This document shows positions 45,701-55,118 of a stretch of DNA of 64,000 nucleotides, piece after piece (position 1 is the first letter of the stretch; every line of letters begins with the position of its first letter). The stretch comes from Bacteroides sp. (lineage in GTDB: Bacteria > Bacteroidota > Bacteroidia > Bacteroidales > Muribaculaceae). The stretch lies in the NCBI GenBank assembly GCA_014801525.1, contig JAAVEB010000014.1, positions 25,143 to 89,142 on the forward strand, in the 5' to 3' direction. Below the pieces are notes generated by a model. That model saw only the letters and a program-made list of their open reading frames with translations. It ran no database searches and was not told where the DNA came from. Position numbers and translations under genes: made by a program.

Positions 45701-48692
45701 ATAATTCATTGTTGCCAAAATTCTTGCATTGTATCAAATTGAACTTGTCATCATACTGCATTGTTTGCGACGTCGTGATGTTAGGAACTCCATCGCGGAA
45801 ATACTCTTTAGTGGAAGATGTGGGGAAACCGAGAGTCCACTTCACAGGCCAACGATCCCTATCGTCAATTGTGAAATAATCCATTGTTGTGACAATGGAG
45901 TCCGAGCCATTGAAAATTTCGGTGACACTTGTCGTATTGCCGTATTTATCCATGGTCTTCCGCTCTTCATAGCACCCTTGGTAGATTCCGGATTCGTGTT
46001 CATAAAACTTCTCTTTAAAATATAGCGGACAGAAAGTGTTGGTTCCAAGCCCCATGCCGACAACTTTATTGGTATATTCCGTGACGCTATGAAGCGATCC
46101 CGCTATCATGTCGGTTTTGCTCTTCAACCCCACATAGCATAGACCTCCTTGAACCTCGAAATTCTGTACAGTCGAGGTGTTCTCGGTAAGATCGAATTCT
46201 ATGAATTTTTCAAATCCGATAAATCCCATTCCCCGGGAATGACTACGTCCGCCTTCATAGAGATAGCGTTTTGTTCTATATCCGCCCAATCCGTCGGACT
46301 GGCGCATATAACTTACTATTTCAAGAGGGTATGAAACCGGTTTAAGGGGATAGGTGAAAGTTTTTGGGGTATGAATATTCAAGTCAGTCATATAAGAATA
46401 TTCAAATTTCGTTTCTTTCCCTAATCCATCGGTTATTTTGGTTAAAATATGGCTGAAGCCTGTAGGCGAAAGATAGGATGTGTATAGCCCTTTATTGTTG
46501 CTCGTTTGCCCGGAAGAAGATTTGTAATTCTTATCCACTCCGATTCCTATAATGTCGGTTCTGCCGTTTCCGTCAAAGTCACCAAGATAATACGTGTTGT
46601 ACTCCATTGCATTTGCTTGCAAAACGGTGTTTTCAATATAGCTTGTGCCGTCTCCTTCATTTATATAATAGTAGGTGGCGGTTGGATTGGTACTGTCAGC
46701 TTCTTTTTTTATTGCATAGAAATCATCCTTACCATCACCGTTTATATCTGCGACATAGACAACATAGTCCAACGAGTTAAAATAGTGAGGAATACTGTAT
46801 TTCTCAAAATCTTCGCCGGTCCATATATTCATGCCGAAAGAGGACCAGTGGTCCGTATCGCCATATCCGGTGGCGAGAATGTCGGTTTTTCCGTCGCCAT
46901 TAAAATCGCCGAAAGACAAGCGATAGTCCGATTGCGGCCATACCCCTTTTTTTGCATATCGAGGAATCCCGTTTTCATCAGCGATCATCAAGTTGTAGCC
47001 TGATTTAGAGACATTCATTATGTCGGTTTTACCATCGCCGTTGAAATCTCCCAGATACACATCCTCCCAATCATATTCAGACTCCAACTCAGTGGTAGTT
47101 CCAAACCCTTGAATGGAAGATGTTGAATTGGACCAAAGCGAATTGATGATTTTATAAGTCGTTTCTCCAGGGTAATATATCAGCAGATCGGAAACTCCGT
47201 CACCGTTGAAGTCGCCGGAAACCACTTCGCAATCGGAGCTTTCATAATGAGTCCAGACATGATATTGAATGTCGGCTGACTGAGTTTGGAGCGATATCGC
47301 TTGCGCTGAATCATTCTCGGCGAGTGACATTGCGATGTGCTCAACCGGAGAAACCATTGAAATTTTAACAATGGAGTCTGATTCATCACCGGAGTCATTT
47401 AGCACCTGTATGGCTGCCGGGGAATCTGACGACATAGACGCTCTTGATCCTTTTACGATTTGGAGGAATTCGTCCTTACCGTCACCGTTGAAATCGCCGG
47501 TTACAAGTTGCTTATATTTAGAATCAATCTCTCCGCTGGTCTCAAAAGTCATTCTTCCATCTCCTTGTGAAAGAAACAGCCTCCATTCTTTCCATTTAGC
47601 ACCAGAACCGGGAACTGCAATCATATCGGTTTTCCCGTCACCATTGAAGTCACCCGTATATATTTCCGCCTTTTCGAGCTCTTCATAACGTCCAGATGAC
47701 GCTTGCGTTATAGCATAATTGTCAAGAACGCTCCATTCGAATTTGGTAGGATTGTAAAAAACGGTATTGTCGGAACCATATTCGGTAATTGATTTAAGAA
47801 TGGGAATTCCGGTCACAGGCGTACTTGCATAGTCAAGGTCATACTTCTTTATGCAATTCTCCCCATTGTATATTGAGATGGTTTTCAATTTGTGAGCCGT
47901 GTGTAGTTGGCTTGATTTTATGTATGTCACGTTTGTGACAGGACGTTCAGTATAAGTGAACCTAATACTTTTAGATGGCGCTATCCCGGCATTTTTATTG
48001 CCGGAATAATCTATGCGCAGAGGATAATGCTCTCCTCCTTCGTTTTGTTGATAGGTTACGGTGTAATAATTGCCGTTTTTATCACAAACTTCATTTAGAA
48101 GCCACAATAACACTTTGGTTGAGTACTTTCCCTGCGCATAAACACGGCTATTCGAAGTTCCGCCATATACGACAGTGGAGCCATCGCTTCGATGCCCGGT
48201 AAATGAAGAGAACGCATCGTCACTTTTGAACAACGTGTTATCGTCATTCTTAAAGTAATAGAATTTACCATAAGAGGAAGAACGCATATATAGCAGATTT
48301 CCGTCGATAGCATAGTGGTCATCGTCACTAAGGGTGACCGCATAAGACACGTTGGTCGTGAACAAAGGAGTGACGGCACGGCTGACCTGAGAGAGCCCCT
48401 GCAGGCTAAATCCCCAACCGAGATAACCGTCATTGGAGGAGCTGCTATAGGCTATGGCGAGCCTGGGAGTCAACGATCCGATGCCTTCAGGGATATCCAA
48501 TGGGATTGAATATTGCGCAGCACCGGTTGTTGTCACACAAGCTTCTCCCGCAATTGCGCCAACGACACCATTGTTGGCGCCTCCATAGGCATAGGACGAA
48601 TAGGGATCGGATGTCAATTTTTGCCCGTAAAAGGATTTCGGACAGACCAAACCAACAAAAAAGAGGAAGAGATATATTGACCGGTTTTTCAT
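42717..48692 (-). CDS. Sec-exported SpvB/FG-GAP(VCBS)/YD-RHS polymorphic toxin (Tc B-C fusion-like) with HExxH C-terminal tip
   Basis: Signal peptide; GAAQYSIPL...P.LAIAYSS (SpvB); GDFNGDGKTD repeats; YD repeats; GFTGHE...GRFYDP..GRF.SPDP...YCLNNPLKYTDPSG core; HEYGH at 43065-43079. Confidence 0.92.
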   Translation of the reverse strand: MKNRSIYLFLFFVGLVCPKSFYGQKLTSDPYSSYAYGGANNGVVGAIAGEACVTTTGAAQYSIPLDIPEGIGSLTPRLAIAYSSSSNDGYLGWGFSLQGLSQVSRAVTPLFTTNVSYAVTLSDDDHYAIDGNLLYMRSSSYGKFYYFKNDDNTLFKSDDAFSSFTGHRSDGSTVVYGGTSNSRVYAQGKYSTKVLLWLLNEVCDKNGNYYTVTYQQNEGGEHYPLRIDYSGNKNAGIAPSKSIRFTYTERPVTNVTYIKSSQLHTAHKLKTISIYNGENCIKKYDLDYASTPVTGIPILKSITEYGSDNTVFYNPTKFEWSVLDNYAITQASSGRYEELEKAEIYTGDFNGDGKTDMIAVPGSGAKWKEWRLFLSQGDGRMTFETSGEIDSKYKQLVTGDFNGDGKDEFLQIVKGSRASMSSDSPAAIQVLNDSGDESDSIVKISMVSPVEHIAMSLAENDSAQAISLQTQSADIQYHVWTHYESSDCEVVSGDFNGDGVSDLLIYYPGETTYKIINSLWSNSTSSIQGFGTTTELESEYDWEDVYLGDFNGDGKTDIMNVSKSGYNLMIADENGIPRYAKKGVWPQSDYRLSFGDFNGDGKTDILATGYGDTDHWSSFGMNIWTGEDFEKYSIPHYFNSLDYVVYVADINGDGKDDFYAIKKEADSTNPTATYYYINEGDGTSYIENTVLQANAMEYNTYYLGDFDGNGRTDIIGIGVDKNYKSSSGQTSNNKGLYTSYLSPTGFSHILTKITDGLGKETKFEYSYMTDLNIHTPKTFTYPLKPVSYPLEIVSYMRQSDGLGGYRTKRYLYEGGRSHSRGMGFIGFEKFIEFDLTENTSTVQNFEVQGGLCYVGLKSKTDMIAGSLHSVTEYTNKVVGMGLGTNTFCPLYFKEKFYEHESGIYQGCYEERKTMDKYGNTTSVTEIFNGSDSIVTTMDYFTIDDRDRWPVKWTLGFPTSSTKEYFRDGVPNITTSQTMQYDDKFNLIQCKNFGNNELLSTESMVYDAAGNVTSKTKSSGSLSSTEKTVYSGLLDKTSTEDAENYVSSFSYDSSTGMMTKSIDATGTTIDYTYDKMLRTVKSLKNSKIESCELLRWSNGIADAPANSVYLTYKETAGNAPVVEFYNLLGNKIREVKTLFGGKKAYTDMEYDAAGRLIALSNPYFLGASPLYTYYEYDDLGRVSNVEYPTGAADSYYYYHNMIGGLRTDIIDRMGHQISKETNARGELISVTDADDNQTVYEYDAIGNCIAITTPSKSIEMEYDNSGNRVMISDPDMGTYKFSYDGFGNPTKRIHQDSGAEISYSYDKLGRVVRKTTPENDISTVYHASILGAVSTVSDAVTGISTKRSYNKFGQQTGEERKIGKESWSILFMYDAFDRQYRNSYPNLSEVYNEYDSYGNVKKVHLSTPESPICAWELNKVDEYNRPVSYTLGNGIVVTKEYDSESGYPSSVSHGNLVTQEYQYDFKGNMTSRYDSRCGKTEKFKYDALDRLTKIYTDNTLTDEIGYDEAGNIVSRTSVGSITYEAGSNRISSINCVSTAALTPWDEIIYNTDRKVTKVRKGNETLDIIYGTDGNRFRSTFTSGQGKCDVTYFGNLYQEEQNEGEDWMSDRIFVYAGNECVAISSYGDGAETIFLHNDILGSPIAYSDYNGNLVSECSYDAWGRRRNPRDWTQYIRRQSFEANDRYGFTGHEHIDIADMINMNGRFYDPVIGRFISPDPYVQDPENPLNFNRYAYCLNNPLKYTDPSGEFFILSAISGLWKAIFKGNIKYLWNNISNSYKIQKNLFTTNRLKNFWGRAWELTSRFTWQFPQEILGMTLAHGYNTFGHVKKVSHAYGALVVTTTSMKAGKAVTLGNVINGGSKLKADPNNSLFQHEYGHYMQSQSMGWGYLGRVGIPSIVSVKSSGDHRYTPCEMDANYRAFVYFNKHIEGFYQTRGEWDPDNHQRGWNFRSNPLAKDDRYIDYRDSSTMRALKEDLTIHPKWYNYLFIPGPFD

Positions 48693-49084
48693 CGTTTTAT
48701 GATTTTAAATGATTTGGCGTTCGAATTAGTCTTTATCGTCACAACATAGTAAGACGATGGGAATGAAGACATACTTATGTCTGTGGTTTGGTCTGAAATT
48801 TTTCCTGACAGTAATGAATTGCCTGACAAGTCGGTCAAATTATATGTCGCATTTTCATCAGGAGCCAATTCCGATGTGAATTTTATTGAAATAACGTCAG
48901 TTACCAATGTCGGCGTGACTGAAATCGAATTGGAGTCACTAACTTCTGCCACTCTTGATTTGGACGATTGCTCATGTCGAGATGTGCATCCTCCTTCAGG
49001 ATTGTGAGCGTAAACAATCACAATTCCGGACGCAGTCATCATTGACAGGAGCAATAAAACCGGAGTAATAAGTAATTTTTTCAT
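48689..49084 (-). CDS. Small secreted protein with a T9SS type A C-terminal sorting domain
   Basis: Signal peptide; VTPT.VTD.I.I, L.DLSG..L, IS.S..P..YYVV.I, FKIIKR; ATGA overlap with RHS. Confidence 0.8.
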   Translation of the reverse strand: MKKLLITPVLLLLSMMTASGIVIVYAHNPEGGCTSRHEQSSKSRVAEVSDSNSISVTPTLVTDVISIKFTSELAPDENATYNLTDLSGNSLLSGKISDQTTDISMSSFPSSYYVVTIKTNSNAKSFKIIKR

Positions 49085-49189
49085 TGGGTTGGATTTAAGG
49101 CGGATTGTAAAAGTTTTGCAATATAGGAAGATAAATTGGATTTTGCAACAGTTTGCAAAGTATTTTTTCGCAGGGCAGGGGCTTGGAGG

Positions 49190-49621
49190 TCAGTAGGCTA
49201 CGTGGATCCAGGAGCCTCCCTGTTCCCATATGAGCTCGACGTGGGGCAAGCTTTTCAAGATGGCGAAGAGTCGGCGATTTCCATCGGCACTGCCCGTGGT
49301 GAGGTCGGCGGCTCTGCCGGCAAGATGGTAGGACCGCGCCACGCCGCCTACGGCTCGGTTAAGCGACTCGCAGCGATAACCGCTGTTCACTATCACCGGG
49401 GCGCCGAGAGCGTTACGCGCCGGGTCGAGCACGTTTTTTATAAGCCGCTCCATGTTTTCCACCGCCCACTCGGGAGGGGTGTTGTCTATTCCAAGCCTGA
49501 GGGCGGTTTCGCTTCGGGTGAGCTCACGGATAGTGAAGTGGCTCACATTTTCTTTCGCTTTCAAGGGGCACGCCATCTCCGCGACTATGGCGACGGCTGC
49601 AATCATTTCTCGGTTTCTCAT
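49190..49621 (-). CDS. Peptidase M15A (D-Ala-D-Ala carboxypeptidase/endolysin-like)
   Basis: HFTI.ELT.S.TA, IDNTP, SGYRC..LN.AVGG...S.H..G.AAD, WIHV; TAACTTTG promoter at 49657-49664. Confidence 0.85.
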   Translation of the reverse strand: MRNREMIAAVAIVAEMACPLKAKENVSHFTIRELTRSETALRLGIDNTPPEWAVENMERLIKNVLDPARNALGAPVIVNSGYRCESLNRAVGGVARSYHLAGRAADLTTGSADGNRRLFAILKSLPHVELIWEQGGSWIHVAY

Positions 49622-49784
49622 AAGTATTATAAAGTTTAAGTAAATATCAGCGAGGGCAAAGTTACAGCGCCCGATTGCGAAATTTACCCACAAATTGTCA
49701 CTCCGCCCTATTTTTTCTTCCACAAATTGGCGTTTTTGTTTACATTTGTATCCTGAAACGAATAATCTATCAACACTTTTCTCT

Positions 49785-51146
49785 ATGGAATCCAAGAAAT
49801 TCATACTGCAGGAAAAAGATATTCCCACAGCATGGTACAATCTGGTCGCCGACATGCCGGTGAAACCGAGACCCATACTCAACCCGGCTACCAAAAAGCC
49901 GCTCACTCCCGAGGATCTGTATCCGATTTTCACTCAAGAGGCTTCACGCCAGGAGCTGAACGACACCGACCGCTGGATTGAAATTCCCGACGAGGTGAGG
50001 GAGATGTACCGCATATGGCGCCCGACTCCGCTGGTGAGAGCGCGCGGTCTTGAAAAATTTCTCGACACCCCGGCCCACATCTATTTCAAGAATGAAAGCG
50101 TGAGCCCGGTAGGCTCCCACAAGCTCAACTCGGCAATCCCCCAGGCATATTACTGCAAGAAGGAGGGCGTGACAAACATCACCACCGAGACCGGGGCCGG
50201 ACAATGGGGCGCGGCGCTGTCGCTCGCAGCGAAACACTTCGGGCTCGAACTCGCCGTCTACATGGTGAAAGTGTCATATCATCAGAAGCCCTACCGCCGC
50301 TCTATCATGCAGACCTACGGCGCCGAGGTGATCGCCTCGCCGAGTATGTCGACCAAGGCGGGACGCAAAATAATCACCGAGCATCCCAACTATCAGGGCT
50401 CGCTCGGAACAGCCATTTCCGAGGCGGTGGAGCTCGCGCTCTCAACGCCCAACTGCAAATATGCGCTCGGATCGGTGCTCAACCACGTGTCGCTCCACCA
50501 GACCGTCATAGGGCTTGAGGCTGAAAAGCAGATGGAGATGGCAGGGGAGTATCCCGACATCATCATTGGATGCTTCGGCGGCGGCAGCAATTTCTCGGGC
50601 ATATCATTCCCGTTCCTGCGCCACAACTTCAGCGGCGAGCGAAACACCCGCTTCATTGCCGCCGAGCCTGAATCATGTCCGAAACTGACACGCGGCGTGT
50701 TCCAGTATGACTTCGGCGACGAAGCCGGCTACACTCCGCTAATTCCGATGCTCACACTGGGGCACAATTTCTCTCCGGCAAACATCCACGCCGGCGGTCT
50801 GCGCTACCACGGCGCCGGCTCGGTGGTGAGCCAGCTCAAGGTCGACAATCTCATCGAAGCGGTCGACATTCCACAGCTCGAAACATTCAAGGCTGCGACA
50901 ATCTTCGCTCAAGCCGAAGGGCTTATACCCGCCCCCGAAAGCTCCCACGCGATAGCCGCCGCCATCCGCGAGGCGCTCAAAGCCAAGGAAGAGGGCACTC
51001 AGAAAACCATCCTGTTCAACCTCTCGGGACACGGACTTATCGACATGGCTGCCTATGACCGCTACTTCTCGGGCGACCTCAACAACTATCAGGTTTCCGA
51101 CGAAGAGATAGCCAACAACGTCTCGTCACTTGAAAATCTTATATAA
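49785..51146 (+). CDS. trpB2: TrpB-like PLP enzyme (tryptophan synthase beta-2)
   Basis: WYN, GSHKLNSA, TETGAGQWG, GGGSNF, HAGGLRYHG, PAPESSHA, LSGHG; TACATTTG promoter at 49741. Confidence 0.93.
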   Translation: MESKKFILQEKDIPTAWYNLVADMPVKPRPILNPATKKPLTPEDLYPIFTQEASRQELNDTDRWIEIPDEVREMYRIWRPTPLVRARGLEKFLDTPAHIYFKNESVSPVGSHKLNSAIPQAYYCKKEGVTNITTETGAGQWGAALSLAAKHFGLELAVYMVKVSYHQKPYRRSIMQTYGAEVIASPSMSTKAGRKIITEHPNYQGSLGTAISEAVELALSTPNCKYALGSVLNHVSLHQTVIGLEAEKQMEMAGEYPDIIIGCFGGGSNFSGISFPFLRHNFSGERNTRFIAAEPESCPKLTRGVFQYDFGDEAGYTPLIPMLTLGHNFSPANIHAGGLRYHGAGSVVSQLKVDNLIEAVDIPQLETFKAATIFAQAEGLIPAPESSHAIAAAIREALKAKEEGTQKTILFNLSGHGLIDMAAYDRYFSGDLNNYQVSDEEIANNVSSLENLI

Positions 51147-51170
51147 GAAACCGCCGGGGTAAAAAAACGG

Positions 51171-51210
51171 AACAGGCGCGGGTGTCACAATCGACCCGCG
51201 CCTGTTTTTG
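51171..51210. terminator. Terminator between convergent trpB2 and EEP genes
   Basis: AACAGGCGCGGGT-loop-ACCCGCGCCTGTTTTT. Confidence 0.85.
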
Positions 51211-51229
51211 TTTCACACTAAAAGGTTTA

Positions 51230-52327
51230 TCATTCGTTCACCTCGCGAAGCAGGAATATCTGAGTGGGGAAATGGTCGGAATATCCGTTAAGGAAGTTAT
51301 TGCGAGAGTAAGTGCGGTGGGGATAGTTCTTATATTTTCCTCGCTTAGTGCGCAGGAAGGGAGCGTTGAGCACCGTGCATTTCCAATACTGGAACTCGGG
51401 GTCGGAATTGTCGACAAGATTGCCCGACACGATAATCTGGTCAAAAAGATTCCACTTTCCGTTATAGCAAAGCGTTCCCACGCCATTGTCAAGTATATAC
51501 CAGAAGGGGTTGTAATAGCCGTCGTGGGTCACTTGCTCGCGGTCGCGCACCGCGCCAAACGCCTCGGCGCATGACTTGTTGAACGGGTCATCGTTCAAAT
51601 CGCCCATCATCACCACTCCGCGCGCAGGGTTGTCGCGGCGCAGCGAGTCGGCGATGTGGCGCGACAGTCTTCCCGCCGCCTCGCGCTTGGGGCTCGACTC
51701 CTTCTCGCCGCCAAGGCGCGAAGGCCAGTGATTCACGATGAATCCCATCGGCTTGTCGAGCAGCATTCCGCTCACCACGAGCTGGTCGCGGGTGAGAAAA
51801 TCAGGGTCGTCGGGAATGACAAGGCGATGATTATTCACATTTTCAAGCTGGAAATAAACGGGATTGTACAGAAGCGCCACGTCGATGCCGCGCAGGTCGG
51901 GAGAGTCATGATGAACGATCTGCAAGTTCCAGGGGTCCTTGCCGTTTGCCATGAGCGTCTCGTCGATTTTCTTCACGAGGTCCTCGACAACGCTGCGGTT
52001 CTCGACCTCGCTAATCCCGATGACGGCGGGACCGATAGGCGTTTCGGGAGTGGCGAGGGCGGTGATGGCGCGGGCGAGATTGCCCAATTTCTTGCCATAT
52101 TTGTCGGCATTCCACATGCGCGGACCCTCGGGAGAGAACTCGTAGTCATATTTCCCGTTGTTATTGATCGTGTCAAACAGGTTCTCAAGATTATAGAAAG
52201 CTACCCCGGCAATCAGATATTTCTTCTGCTTGCCATCTTCCTGAGCGTAAAGCTGCGCGGTGAGCAATATCGCGATTAACGAAATCCAGAAACTCTTATT
52301 CATTGCAATAAGTTTTTTGTAATACAT
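51230..52327 (-). CDS. Secreted endonuclease/exonuclease/phosphatase (EEP) family protein
   Basis: FYNLENLFD, EVEN, RGIDV, NHWPSR, GDLND, SDHFP; start may be 52303. Confidence 0.88.
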   Translation of the reverse strand: MYYKKLIAMNKSFWISLIAILLTAQLYAQEDGKQKKYLIAGVAFYNLENLFDTINNNGKYDYEFSPEGPRMWNADKYGKKLGNLARAITALATPETPIGPAVIGISEVENRSVVEDLVKKIDETLMANGKDPWNLQIVHHDSPDLRGIDVALLYNPVYFQLENVNNHRLVIPDDPDFLTRDQLVVSGMLLDKPMGFIVNHWPSRLGGEKESSPKREAAGRLSRHIADSLRRDNPARGVVMMGDLNDDPFNKSCAEAFGAVRDREQVTHDGYYNPFWYILDNGVGTLCYNGKWNLFDQIIVSGNLVDNSDPEFQYWKCTVLNAPFLRTKRGKYKNYPHRTYSRNNFLNGYSDHFPTQIFLLREVNE

Positions 52328-52403
52328 GATTTGTCGGTAAAATTACTGATTTTTTTTGTAATTTTGCACATTGAAATCCACGATATGCACAGCAAAAAAG
52401 ACT

Positions 52404-52826
52404 ATGGCGACTAAAATTTCAATAATCAACGGACCCAATCTCAACCTTTTGGGCGTGCGCGAGCCGGGAATATACGGCAGCAGCAGCTTTGACAAGTGTC
52501 TTGAATCGCTTGCCGCGCGCTATCCCGACGTGGCTATCTCCTATTTCCAGAGCAATAGCGAGGGAGCCATCATCGACGAGCTCCACAGGGTGGGATTTGG
52601 CGAGGTCGACGGCATCATCCTCAACGCAGGAGCCTACACCCACACCTCGCTCGCCATAGCCGACGCCATCTCGGCGATAAAGACTCCGGTGATCGAGGTG
52701 CATATAAGCAATGTACACGCCCGCGAGGAAATACGCCACCGGTCAATGATCTCAGGAGTGTGCCGCGGAGTCATCGCAGGATTCGGGCTCGACAGCTACC
52801 GCCTCGCGCTCGAAGCCTTCATTTGA
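52404..52826 (+). CDS. aroQ: Type II 3-dehydroquinate dehydratase
   Basis: NGPNLNLLG.REP.IYG, QSN.EG, NAGAYTHTS, EVHISN. Confidence 0.96.
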   Translation: MATKISIINGPNLNLLGVREPGIYGSSSFDKCLESLAARYPDVAISYFQSNSEGAIIDELHRVGFGEVDGIILNAGAYTHTSLAIADAISAIKTPVIEVHISNVHAREEIRHRSMISGVCRGVIAGFGLDSYRLALEAFI

Positions 52827-52858
52827 ATCATGAATCAGATTATTCGCTAAGTAAGAAA

Positions 52859-54310
52859 ATGAAAAAATTCACCAAAATTGTAGCTACAATTTCCGACAGA
52901 AGATGTGATGTGGGGTTCATTCGCGACCTCTATGACAACGGCCTTAACGTGGTCAGAATGAATTCTGCGCACTTGTCCTACGAAGGATTCAAGAAAATCG
53001 TTTCCAACGTCCGCGCCGTGTCATCATCCATCGGAATACTGATGGACACCAAGGGCGCTGAAATACGCACCACGACAAATGTCAACGACTCGACAATCAC
53101 TTTCAATGCCGGCGACAAGGTAACTTTCGAAGGCAATCCGCAGGGTGAAACGTCACATGACCGCATCTGCCTGTCCTACCCCGACATCGCCGAACACGCG
53201 ACTCCGGGAGTGCATTTTCTTATCGACGACGGCGAAATCGACTTCATCATCGACAGCATCGATGGCAAAACCATTCACGCAACGGCGCTTAACGGCGGCG
53301 AGCTGGGATCGCGCAAAAGCGTCAACATCCCCGGCGTGAAAATCCCCCTGCCCTCGCTGACCGAACGCGACAAGACCAACATCAATATCGCCATGGAGCT
53401 GGGCATCGACTTCATCGCCCACTCGTTTGTGCGCTCGGCGCGCGACGTCGAGGACATTCAGGAGATTCTTGACGCCAACAACAGCCCCATCAAGATCATC
53501 TCGAAAATCGAGAACCAGGAGGGCATCGACAACTTCGATGAAATCCTCGAAGCATCCTACGGTATAATGATCGCGCGAGGCGACCTCGGAATCGAAGTTC
53601 CAGCCGAACGCATCCCCGTGATCCAGAGCTCGCTCATAAACAAGTGTGTGCTCCACCACAAGCCGGTCATTGTCGCCACCCAGATGCTCCACTCGATGAT
53701 AAACAACCCGCGCCCCACCCGCGCCGAGGTCAGCGACATCGCCAATGCCGTCAACCAGCACACCGACGCGCTCATGCTGAGCGGCGAAACTGCCTACGGA
53801 AAATATCCCGTAGAAGCAATCTCGACAATGACCAAGGTTGCCGCCGAGGTTGAAAAATCGCTCGCCCACACCCGCATCATCCCCACTGTGGAGCCCGATG
53901 TCACCTCATTCCTCGCCCGCCAGGCTGTAGCGTCGTCCAACATCCTAGGCACCAAAGCGATAGTGACCGACAGCTACACCGGACGCACCGCGCGCTACAT
54001 CTCATCCTACCGCGGCAATGATCCGGTGCTCGCAATATGCTACCGCCCCCACGTGGTGCGCCTGCTCGGACTATCCTACGGAGTGCTCCCCGTCTACCGC
54101 GAAAAGATGGAAACCTCGCGCCGCTACATCAGCACCGCCCTCAACTATCTCATGGAGATAGGGCGCCTCACCCGCAACGACAGGATAGCCTATCTCGGCG
54201 GCTCATTCGGCGAAGGTCACGGAACCACATTCCTCGAAATCAACACCGTAGGCGACATTCTCGACAACTATGAGAGCTTCTGCCTGCCCAACCTCGAAGA
54301 GGCTAAATGA
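52859..54310 (+). CDS. pyk: Pyruvate kinase
   Basis: TKIVAT, RMN.AH, DTKG.EIRT, KIEN.EG, ARGDLG.E, ATQML.SM, PTRAE, MLSGETA. Confidence 0.96.
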   Translation: MKKFTKIVATISDRRCDVGFIRDLYDNGLNVVRMNSAHLSYEGFKKIVSNVRAVSSSIGILMDTKGAEIRTTTNVNDSTITFNAGDKVTFEGNPQGETSHDRICLSYPDIAEHATPGVHFLIDDGEIDFIIDSIDGKTIHATALNGGELGSRKSVNIPGVKIPLPSLTERDKTNINIAMELGIDFIAHSFVRSARDVEDIQEILDANNSPIKIISKIENQEGIDNFDEILEASYGIMIARGDLGIEVPAERIPVIQSSLINKCVLHHKPVIVATQMLHSMINNPRPTRAEVSDIANAVNQHTDALMLSGETAYGKYPVEAISTMTKVAAEVEKSLAHTRIIPTVEPDVTSFLARQAVASSNILGTKAIVTDSYTGRTARYISSYRGNDPVLAICYRPHVVRLLGLSYGVLPVYREKMETSRRYISTALNYLMEIGRLTRNDRIAYLGGSFGEGHGTTFLEINTVGDILDNYESFCLPNLEEAK

Positions 54311-54942
54311 TCGACAACCCGCTCGAAGAATATATCGCGGCACACATTGATGCCGAGCCGCCCCATCTGAAGCGGCTCAACCGCGACACCCATGTGTCAT
54401 GCCTCTACGCCAACATGTGCTCGGGGCATGAACAGGGGCGGTTGCTCAAGATGCTCGTCAGGATGATAAAGCCGGTCAACATCCTTGAGCTCGGCACTTT
54501 CACCGGCTACTCGGCGCAGTGTCTCGCCGAAGGGCTTGAAGACGGCGCGATGGTCCACACCATCGAAATCAACGACGAGATGGAAGATTTCATCCGCCGC
54601 CACCTCGACGAGTCGCCATACTCAGGCAAAATCACCCTCCACATCGGCGACGCCGCCCAGATACTGCCCGCTCTTGAAGGGATAGAGTGGGATCTCGTGT
54701 TTATCGACGCCAACAAGCGCCACTATCTCGACTATTACAACATGGTCTTCCCCACGGTGCGCCGAGGCGGCTTCATCATCGCCGACAACACTTTGTGGTA
54801 TGGCAAAGTGACCGACAGCTCGGCACATGACGCGCAAACCGAAGGCATCCTCCGCTTCAACGACTTCGTTCAAAACGATCCGCGCGTTGAAAACGTCTTT
54901 ATTCCGGTGCGCGACGGGCTCTCAGTCATCTACAAAAAATAA
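54307..54942 (+). CDS. SAM-dependent O-methyltransferase (Methyltransf_3/TrmR-like)
   Basis: LELGTFTGYS, FIDANK, ADNTLW.G, RDGL. Confidence 0.88.
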   Translation: MIDNPLEEYIAAHIDAEPPHLKRLNRDTHVSCLYANMCSGHEQGRLLKMLVRMIKPVNILELGTFTGYSAQCLAEGLEDGAMVHTIEINDEMEDFIRRHLDESPYSGKITLHIGDAAQILPALEGIEWDLVFIDANKRHYLDYYNMVFPTVRRGGFIIADNTLWYGKVTDSSAHDAQTEGILRFNDFVQNDPRVENVFIPVRDGLSVIYKK

Positions 54943-55118
54943 CTCCCCCGACCTCCACACCTCGCTTGCATCGCCGCTCCATCATCACGGCGACACTGTC
55001 GGCATATACCGCCAAAATCCATCAAACAAGCGCGCTTTTTAGCAAAAAACACACCGTTTTGCTAAAAATCCTTACATATAACTTGCATTTCACAAAATAT
55101 TGTTATAATTTTGTCGCA

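Noticed and set aside
46530-47660. GDFNGDG nucleotide-level repeats and a Ser-rich insert within the RHS gene
   Set aside because: Explained by FG-GAP/VCBS propeller repeats and a probable surface loop.
49622-49933. N-terminal extension of the M15 peptidase ORF in the ORF track
   Set aside because: It overlaps trpB2 and both divergent promoters. The real start is near 49621.
49785-51146. trpB without trpA
   Set aside because: Stand-alone TrpB2 (indole salvage) is well known in Bacteroidales.
55036-55068. TTTTTAGCAAAA-N9-TTTTGCTAAAAA inverted repeat
   Set aside because: AT-rich stem that cannot be distinguished between weak terminator, operator or chance. No invertase or second copy was seen.
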